Positions 1 to 6,122 of a stretch of 32,090 nt of DNA are shown piece by piece. Under the pieces are notes generated by a model that was not told the DNA's origin, made no database searches, and saw only the letters and a program-made list of their open reading frames with translations. The translations under genes and the position numbers were made by a program. The DNA comes from Candidatus Eiseniibacteriota bacterium. Lineage in GTDB: Bacteria > Eisenbacteria > RBG-16-71-46. The first letter of the stretch is position 1; each line of letters opens with the position of its first letter. The DNA is taken from contig JBEBGT010000002.1 of NCBI GenBank assembly GCA_040081365.1, positions 1 to 32,090 on the forward strand. The letters are read 5' to 3'.

Positions 1-28
1 AGATCCGCTCAATATCGCGCTCGCCGTC

Positions 29-355
29 ATGGCCGTGTTGCTGCTGGTGGTGGGCGGGCCCGTGCTCATGCGCCAGCTGCGCGGGCCCGAACCGCTGCCG
101 GGCTCGGTGGCCACGCTGCCCGTGGCCTCGGGGCAGGAACATCGCACGCTCAAGGTGTCGGGCATGATGTGCGCCAACTGCGTGCAGACCATCGGCGATG
201 CGCTGCAGGCCACGCCGGGCGTGGTCAGCGCCGACGTCGACCTGGAGGCCGGCCGGGCCGATGTGCTGTGTGAGAAGGCCCTCGCGGACACGGCGCTCTT
301 GGGCGCGGTGGCGCGTTCCGGCACGGACTATTCGGCCACCGTCGTCTCGCACTGA
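29..355 (+). CDS. Heavy-metal-associated (HMA) domain protein with an N-terminal hydrophobic segment; possibly 5'-partial
   Basis: The GMMCANC metal-binding motif (GMxCxxC) lies at nt 161-181 inside a ferredoxin-like HMA pattern (TLKVSGMMCANCVQTIGDALQATPGVVSADVDLEAGRADV). The N-terminal stretch LLLVVGGPVLM is hydrophobic. The reading frame is open from nt 2 with no stop, so the gene may begin left of the window. It sits immediately upstream of a P1B ATPase. Confidence 0.75.
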   Translation: MAVLLLVVGGPVLMRQLRGPEPLPGSVATLPVASGQEHRTLKVSGMMCANCVQTIGDALQATPGVVSADVDLEAGRADVLCEKALADTALLGAVARSGTDYSATVVSH

Positions 356-458
356 TCCGGGGCCGGGCCGTCATGGGGCCGTGAAGCCTCGTGAGCGACT
401 GGTCGCCACAGGTCGTAGTGAGCCCGTCCGGCCCAGCGCTTTGGGGTATCCTCGCCAG

Positions 459-2858
459 ATGACCACGCACCGCCATCTCCATCATGGTTCCGCCGGGGGC
501 GATGGCTCCGCCGGCGGCACGCACGTGCACGACGCACCCGTGCGGCCCGAGCACCTGCCGCTGCCCGCCGAGGGCGAGGGCTGCCTCGAGATCCTGGCCG
601 ACCGCCTGCGTGAGCGTCCGGGCATTGTCGCGATCGAGGCCGACTTCAAGGACAGCACGCTCATGGTGCGCTACCAGCCCACGCGCGTGTCGCCCGAGGA
701 ACTGAACGCCCTCGCCGACGAAGTCGGCGCGCTGTTCTCGCAGCGCGTGACCGCGTGCGAGAAGCGCGAGACGCTGGATGCTTGCGAGGCGTGCGCGATG
801 CGGCTCGGCCGGTTGGCGCCGGTGGCGGCGGCGGAGTTCCGCGCCAGTGCGACGCGCGGCCGCGTGTCGCTGTCGCGTCACCAGCAGCCGGACGACAGCA
901 TCGAAGTCGTGCGCCCGCTCACGAACAAGCCGTGGGGCGCGCGCCAGACGCACGAAGAGCAGGAAGAGCGTTCCGAGGGCAAGTCGATGGCCGTGTTGTC
1001 GGCGGCCTGCCTCGTGTTGTTCCTGACCGGGCTCGCGGCCGGGCAGTTCGGCGCGTCGCACGCGATCGTCGATGCGATCTACCTGGCCTCGGCCGCCGCC
1101 GGCGGCTGGTACACCGCGCGCAGCACGTTCGCCGCGCTCGCGCGCCGCGAGTTCGACGTCAATCTGCTCATGCTACTGGCGGCGGCGGGTGCCGCGATCA
1201 TCGGTTATGCGCCCGAAGCGGCCATGTTGATGTTCCTGTTCTCGTTGAGCAACACGCTCGAGGCCTACACCATGGGCCGCACGCGCCACGCCTTGAAGGC
1301 GCTGCTCGAGCTACGTCCGTCGCGCGCGCTGGTGCGCCGGCACGGGCGCGAGGTCGAGGTCGCGGCCGAAGACGTGCTCGTGGGCGAGACGGTCATCGTG
1401 AAGCCCGGCGAGGCGATCCCGGTGGACGGCACCGTCACGCTCGGCGAATCGCTGGTGGACCAGTCGAGCCTCACCGGCGAGTCCGTGCCGGTGTCGAAGG
1501 CACCCGGCGACAAGGTGTTCGCGGCCACGCTGAACCAGCAGGGTGCCATCGAGATGCTGGCCACGCGCGCGGCCGCGAACAGTGCGCTGGCGCGCATCGT
1601 GTCGCTGGTGCAGGAGGCACAGGAGAAGAAGTCGCGCGCCGAGGAGCTGGCGGAGGTCGCGGGCCGCTACTACACGATCATCGTCATGGTCGGCGCCGGG
1701 CTCATGCTGCTGCTGCCGCCGTTGGTGTTCCATCAGGAATGGCGCGCGTCGCTGTATCGCGCCATGACGCTGCTGGTGGTGGCGTCGCCGTGCGCGCTGG
1801 TGATCGCGACGCCCGCCACCGTGCTGTCGGCCATCGCGAACGCGGCCCGCAACGGCATCCTGTTCAAGGGCGGCGCGTTCCTCGAAGCACTGGGCCGCGT
1901 GCGCATCGTGGCGTTCGACAAGACCGGCACGCTCACGCACGGCCGCTTCGAGGTCACCGACGTGGTCGCGGTGGCCGGCGCCGACGAGCGCGCCATCCTC
2001 GACTGGGCCGCCAGCGCCGAGAAGCGTTCGCCGCATCCGTTGGCACAAGCCGTGGTGCGCGCCGCCGAGGCGCGCGGCATCATCGTGAAGCCGGCCGAGT
2101 CGCTCACGAACCACCTGGGCAAGGGCCTGAGCGCCATGGCGAACGGCGTGGCCATCGAAGTCGGCACCGCCGAGCTGTTCGCGTCGCTCGGGGTGACCCC
2201 GCCCGAGGCGGCGCTCGACGCCGTGCGGCGCTTCGCGAGTGAAGCGAAAACGCCCATGATCGTGCGCTGCGGTGCTGCCTGGGGTGTGATCGCCGCCGCC
2301 GACCGCGTACGTCCGAATGCCGCCGCCGTGGTGAAGTCGTTGCGCGCCGTGGGCGTGCAGCGCACCGCACTGCTGTCGGGTGACAGTGTGCAGACCGTGC
2401 AGGCGATCGGTGCGCAGACTGGCGTCGACGAACTGCACGGCCAGCTGTTGCCCGAAGACAAAGTGCGTGTCATTGCCGAACTCGAGCAGAAGTACGGGAG
2501 CGCGGCCATGCTCGGCGACGGCGTGAACGACGCGCCGGCGCTGGCGCGCGCGAGCGTCGGTATCGCCATGGGCGGCATCGGCAGCGACGCCGCCATGGAG
2601 AGCGCCGACATCGTGCTCATGGGCGACGACCTCGGCGCGCTGCCCTATGCCATCGGCCTCGCACAGCGGGCGCGCACCGTGGTCATCCAGAACCTGGTCA
2701 TCGCCACCGGTGTGATGCTCTTGCTGGTGACGTGGGTGTTCGCGGGCCAGTACACGCCGCTCGGCGCATTGAAGCTGCCCGTGGCGGTATCCGGCCACGA
2801 GGGCAGCACCGTGGTCGTCATCCTGAACGGCCTGCGCCTGTTGCGCGGCCGGCGCTAG
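459..2858 (+). CDS. Heavy-metal translocating P1B-type ATPase with P1B-4-like signatures (SPC / HEGST)
   Basis: DKTGTLT phosphorylation motif at nt 1917-1937. TGES actuator motif and GDGVNDAPAL hinge are present. The transmembrane SPC motif (VVASPCALVIATP) is at nt 1785-1793. HEGSTVVVILN in the last TM is at nt 2796 onward. I chose the start at ATG 459 (MTTHRHLHH...) because the longer ORF from 198 overlaps the HMA gene in another frame. The N-terminus is His-rich (HRHLHHGSAGGDGSAGGTHVH). Confidence 0.93.
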   Translation: MTTHRHLHHGSAGGDGSAGGTHVHDAPVRPEHLPLPAEGEGCLEILADRLRERPGIVAIEADFKDSTLMVRYQPTRVSPEELNALADEVGALFSQRVTACEKRETLDACEACAMRLGRLAPVAAAEFRASATRGRVSLSRHQQPDDSIEVVRPLTNKPWGARQTHEEQEERSEGKSMAVLSAACLVLFLTGLAAGQFGASHAIVDAIYLASAAAGGWYTARSTFAALARREFDVNLLMLLAAAGAAIIGYAPEAAMLMFLFSLSNTLEAYTMGRTRHALKALLELRPSRALVRRHGREVEVAAEDVLVGETVIVKPGEAIPVDGTVTLGESLVDQSSLTGESVPVSKAPGDKVFAATLNQQGAIEMLATRAAANSALARIVSLVQEAQEKKSRAEELAEVAGRYYTIIVMVGAGLMLLLPPLVFHQEWRASLYRAMTLLVVASPCALVIATPATVLSAIANAARNGILFKGGAFLEALGRVRIVAFDKTGTLTHGRFEVTDVVAVAGADERAILDWAASAEKRSPHPLAQAVVRAAEARGIIVKPAESLTNHLGKGLSAMANGVAIEVGTAELFASLGVTPPEAALDAVRRFASEAKTPMIVRCGAAWGVIAAADRVRPNAAAVVKSLRAVGVQRTALLSGDSVQTVQAIGAQTGVDELHGQLLPEDKVRVIAELEQKYGSAAMLGDGVNDAPALARASVGIAMGGIGSDAAMESADIVLMGDDLGALPYAIGLAQRARTVVIQNLVIATGVMLLLVTWVFAGQYTPLGALKLPVAVSGHEGSTVVVILNGLRLLRGRR

Positions 2859-2952
2859 CGCAGCGCGGTCACCACGATGTTGTCGTAGTACACCGTGCAC
2901 TGGGCGCTGCCACCCGTGTATGCCGGCAGCGCGATCGCGCCGGTGAGTCGCG
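2829..2952. repeat. Direct repeat copy A: convergent junction of the ATPase 3' end and a DUF1080-gene 3' end
   Basis: nt 2829-2854 match 8972-8997 with 1 mismatch. nt 2858-2952 match 9011-9105 with 7 mismatches in 95 nt (hand alignment). Between the two blocks, copy B reads tttgtaacgctca where copy A reads cta. Confidence 0.8.
2855..2952 (-). pseudogene. Relic 3' end (about 32 codons plus stop) of a DUF1080/LamG-like gene, paralogous to the CDS at 9008-9676
   Basis: The minus-strand translation reads ...TRLTGAIALPAYTGGSAQCTVYYDNIVVTALR*. The intact gene ends ...ARLTGAIALPAYTGGAAQCTVYYDNIVVTALR*. Upstream of about 2952 there is no matching coding sequence and no start codon. Its TAG (2857-2855) overlaps the ATPase TAG (2856-2858) within the palindrome GCTAGC. 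Confidence 0.6.
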
Positions 2953-2991
2953 TCGCAGTGGTGCCTCCTTGAGCGCTTCGGCCGCCCCGGC

Positions 2992-5772
2992 TCATGGCAG
3001 CAAGGTCAGCGTCCTCTGGTCTCGGTTGCGTCCCGCGATGACGCGATACAGGTACACTCCGGGCCTTACCGGCTCGCCCGAGTCGGCGCGGTGATTCCAG
3101 GGCACCGAGTGGCTGCCGGCCATGAAGTAGCGGTTGGCCAACACCGCAACGCGGCGGCCCTGGGCGTCGAAGATCTCGAGCCTCACCATGGCACCGGTCG
3201 GTAGTTCGAACTGGATGTGGGTGTCGGCCCGGAATGGGTTGGGTTGGTTCTGGAGAAGCGTGAACCCCGTGGCCGTCGGGACAGGGGCTGCTCTTGACTC
3301 GGCCGACGCACTCACCGAGCGGTAGGCACCGTTCGCGATGATGAACAGATCACGCACGAGGCCGGGTGCCGGTGGTACGGAGGCGAACTCGAGGGCGAGC
3401 GTGTCGCCGGACTCGAGCGTGGTCGTGCTGCCGTCCGCATCGAGCAGTGCCGTGCGCACATCGTCCAATCGAGAGTGGGAAGCGGTGATGAGCGGAAGGG
3501 GCCGTGGTGCGAGCGTTTCGCCCACCGGCAGAACGCGGCCGACGAAACGCAACTTGTGCCGACCCACGAACACCACGCGCAGCGGGCCATGGTCGAGCGT
3601 GTCGACCAGGAACTCGTCGAAGTCCTGGCGCGGGTACTTCCGCCTCACCGTGGTCCACGTCCCCGAGGCGTCCCGCCCCTGGATCAGGAGACCGGTCGAG
3701 TTCAGGATCGCCTCGTCGCGGTTCGTGACGGGCGAACCCGCCGCGAAGGCGGACGTGACCAGCCCGGATCCCATGCCGTCCTTGCCCCCGCCCGGATCGA
3801 TCTCGACCGGATCGAGCCCTTCGCCACCCGCGGGGGTAGCCGAAGGTGCGGCGACGGGGTCGGGCTCCATGAGCTCGACGTGCAGCGTGTCGCCCGGCTC
3901 GCCCACGAAGAACCTGTTCGGTGCGCCGCTGACAAGGTTGGTGATGTCCCGCCCACTCTGGGTGGTGACGCGGTACGGCGGTGTCCGCGTGGCGAGCACG
4001 ACGCGCTCGCCGAGCGCATAGGATCGCACGTCCGCGGCGTGATCCACATAGCCGAGTCGCACTTGGTCGAGCGTAGAAACCTCCGGTTCGTCCTCGTGGA
4101 TCCGGAGGCGATACCTGCCGTTCACGAGCTGTGGCGCGGACTTGAGCCGGTAACTGTCGGTACCGAGCGCACTCGAGAGCGAGCGGCCGAGGAGCGAGTT
4201 CTCGGCGTGCCAGCCAGAGGCGGTCCACGCGTCGAGGAGTGGGCAGCCACTCGGGCAGGTGGCGTCGACCACGTAGGGCCTGACATCCGTCGCGCTGGGA
4301 CAGGGTTGTGTGCTTGGCCAGCACCAATTGCTCGCCCACAACACTCGGTATCCGTCGCGTGAAGGAACGGCGTGTGGCTCGGCGCGATAGGGTTCTGGAA
4401 GCGTGCTTTGCCTGTGGTCGGAGTGCTGGTGGACGAAACGTTCGACGAGACCCTGACCATCCGTGCTGATGGCGACGATCTCGTCGTCGAAACGCTTCGT
4501 ACCTGGTGCCAGTGCGTCGTCGTAGGAGACGAAGCACCATCCGGACCTGTTCGAATTCCGGCACGACACGTGCATGGCCGGGGCTTCTCCTGCATATGTC
4601 GCAGGATTTGTCAGGGGAAGGTCTGGAGGCGAGAGCGTCAAGACCTCGCCAGTGTCCAGCCTGACTCGACGCACCCGGCCCAAAGCGTTGGCTGTGTTAG
4701 GACAGCCATTGATGCCGATGAGGACCGGCACGCCGCCGCCCAGAATCGTCATGTCCGCATGCTTGAGAGGATGCACCCACCCGTCGCTCGCGAGGGGCAG
4801 CAGGCTATCGCTCTGGCGTTTGCCACAGGCCACCGGAGTCGTCATCGGATGCGGAGCGAACGTCAGGGACTCCTGGTTGAAGTCGAACACGCGGATGCAC
4901 TCTGCATTCTCAGCAACACCTTGATCGGCATACTTGACCACCAGATAGTGCCCATCTGGGCTGATGGAGGACGCCCCGACCTTGCAGCCGTTGTTCGGGG
5001 CCAGGTTGCAGTCGGGCAGGGTCCACCCGAGATCCCCGATCCGACCCAGGAGCATGTCGACCGCGAACACGTGCGTCGTCCAGTGGTGAGTCGCAGTATC
5101 CTCGGTCGTGCGCCCGAGCGCGATCCAGCGTGCGTCGTCCGAGGGATTGCCTTTGCCGAGCCCGATGAATTTCGTGCTCCCCGCCGGGAACGTCCAGGAG
5201 CGGCCCGGCACCGTGAGCCCCGTGGTGACATCCACCCACTTGAGCTCGCTGCCCGCCGCATTGACATTGATCTGCATGGAGGGGTAGACGACGCTTGGAT
5301 GCCAGCGGTAGTCGTAGAGGTCGGGGTAGGGGTAGTTCGGGTTGCTGACGGGAGTGTAGGTGACACCATCGAGCAGTAGATGCGCAGGGCCTGGTCCTGA
5401 GAGTGAGCCAACGTTGCCGTTGTCGATTGCCAGCAACGTCCCCGTGGAGTTCCACGGTTGGATCGTGGAGTAGGTGTGGCGGACCTGCCCCTTCCAGTTG
5501 CAGGGCGCAGCGGAACACGGAGCGTACAGAGCAGCCGAGTCCCCGGCGATCCGGGTGACCATGCCTTGGAATGTCGGATCGGGGACAGGCGTCAGGTAGC
5601 CCGGTTTCGAAACGTTGGGCACCGTGATCGTCGCCTGGGAGTCCTTTGATGTGTTGCAGCTTTGTGATTGGGCGTTTGCGATCGGGGTCGAACCGACGGT
5701 GAAGCAGAGGGCCATCCCCAGCAGCGCACGGACGGGAGCGCGACGCACGACGATATCGAATCGGACGAGCAT
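2992..5772 (-). CDS. Secreted Cys-rich protein of unknown function with a FlgD-Ig-like (T9SS-type) C-terminal domain
   Basis: 926 aa ORF. The N-terminal signal peptide is ...LLGMALCFTVGSTPIANAQ. Many paired Cys occur in the first ~500 aa. The C-terminal ~88 aa (nt 2992-3258) read LLQNQPNPFRADTHIQFELPTGAMVRLEIFDAQGRRVAVL...GVYLYRVIAG, the pattern of FlgD-Ig-like/por-secretion-tail domains. Confidence 0.8.
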   Translation of the reverse strand: MLVRFDIVVRRAPVRALLGMALCFTVGSTPIANAQSQSCNTSKDSQATITVPNVSKPGYLTPVPDPTFQGMVTRIAGDSAALYAPCSAAPCNWKGQVRHTYSTIQPWNSTGTLLAIDNGNVGSLSGPGPAHLLLDGVTYTPVSNPNYPYPDLYDYRWHPSVVYPSMQINVNAAGSELKWVDVTTGLTVPGRSWTFPAGSTKFIGLGKGNPSDDARWIALGRTTEDTATHHWTTHVFAVDMLLGRIGDLGWTLPDCNLAPNNGCKVGASSISPDGHYLVVKYADQGVAENAECIRVFDFNQESLTFAPHPMTTPVACGKRQSDSLLPLASDGWVHPLKHADMTILGGGVPVLIGINGCPNTANALGRVRRVRLDTGEVLTLSPPDLPLTNPATYAGEAPAMHVSCRNSNRSGWCFVSYDDALAPGTKRFDDEIVAISTDGQGLVERFVHQHSDHRQSTLPEPYRAEPHAVPSRDGYRVLWASNWCWPSTQPCPSATDVRPYVVDATCPSGCPLLDAWTASGWHAENSLLGRSLSSALGTDSYRLKSAPQLVNGRYRLRIHEDEPEVSTLDQVRLGYVDHAADVRSYALGERVVLATRTPPYRVTTQSGRDITNLVSGAPNRFFVGEPGDTLHVELMEPDPVAAPSATPAGGEGLDPVEIDPGGGKDGMGSGLVTSAFAAGSPVTNRDEAILNSTGLLIQGRDASGTWTTVRRKYPRQDFDEFLVDTLDHGPLRVVFVGRHKLRFVGRVLPVGETLAPRPLPLITASHSRLDDVRTALLDADGSTTTLESGDTLALEFASVPPAPGLVRDLFIIANGAYRSVSASAESRAAPVPTATGFTLLQNQPNPFRADTHIQFELPTGAMVRLEIFDAQGRRVAVLANRYFMAGSHSVPWNHRADSGEPVRPGVYLYRVIAGRNRDQRTLTLLP

Positions 5773-6122
5773 GGTGGGTTCCCTCGCTCACGGGGGCTCG
5801 CCTTGCGAGCGATCCCCGCGTCTCTGGTGCGGCACATCATCTTGATTCGGAACGAGTGGTTCCGACTGGGACCAGTGGCTGCGTGTGCCTGTGGACAACA
5901 TCGTTCCGTGGCACCGAACGATAGGGAGGTGGCGGCCAAGTCCAAGGGGTCCGTTGGTTGACCTCGTAATAGAACAGGCGTCGCGAACCGGTTTCACATC
6001 CACGCACCTTCGATCGAGGTGATGGTCACTTGGGCGTATTCAGTCGGGCGGGTTTGCTGCGCTACTATCGCTGGTATCGAGTCGGGCCTGATGTCACGGT
6101 CGCGATCGGAGTCGCGAATCCC

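Noticed and set aside
198-458. 5' extension of the ATPase ORF (the track ORF starts at 198, 886 aa)
   Set aside because: The extension overlaps the HMA gene in another frame and translates to Arg/Pro/Trp-rich sequence. ATG 459 opens with a plausible His-rich N-terminus just after the HMA gene stop.
1311-2900. Long antisense or alternate-frame ORFs across the window. Examples: 1311-2900(-), 755-2242(+), 3350-4564(-), 11998-13104(+), 13114-14364(+), 14791-15693(+), 16228-17304(-), 17068-18180(+), 19524-20750(-), 19802-21589(+), 21489-23762(+), 23239-25179(+), 25705-26709(+), 26992-27942(+)
   Set aside because: Their translations are dominated by Arg, Ala, Gly, Pro and His with no motifs. Each overlaps a gene that has strong family signatures in another frame. 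These are typical stop-codon-poor shadow ORFs of very GC-rich DNA.
4541-4560. gttcgaattcc, resembling a tRNA T-loop (GGTTCGAATCC)
   Set aside because: It lies in the middle of the 2992-5772 CDS. No acceptor or anticodon stems can be built around it.
5773-6122. Short inverted repeats in the divergent intergenic region (cggaac-gagtg-gttccg; cgttccgtggcaccgaacg)
   Set aside because: They are short and imperfect, with no recognisable operator family or promoter context. I cannot distinguish them from chance without comparative data.
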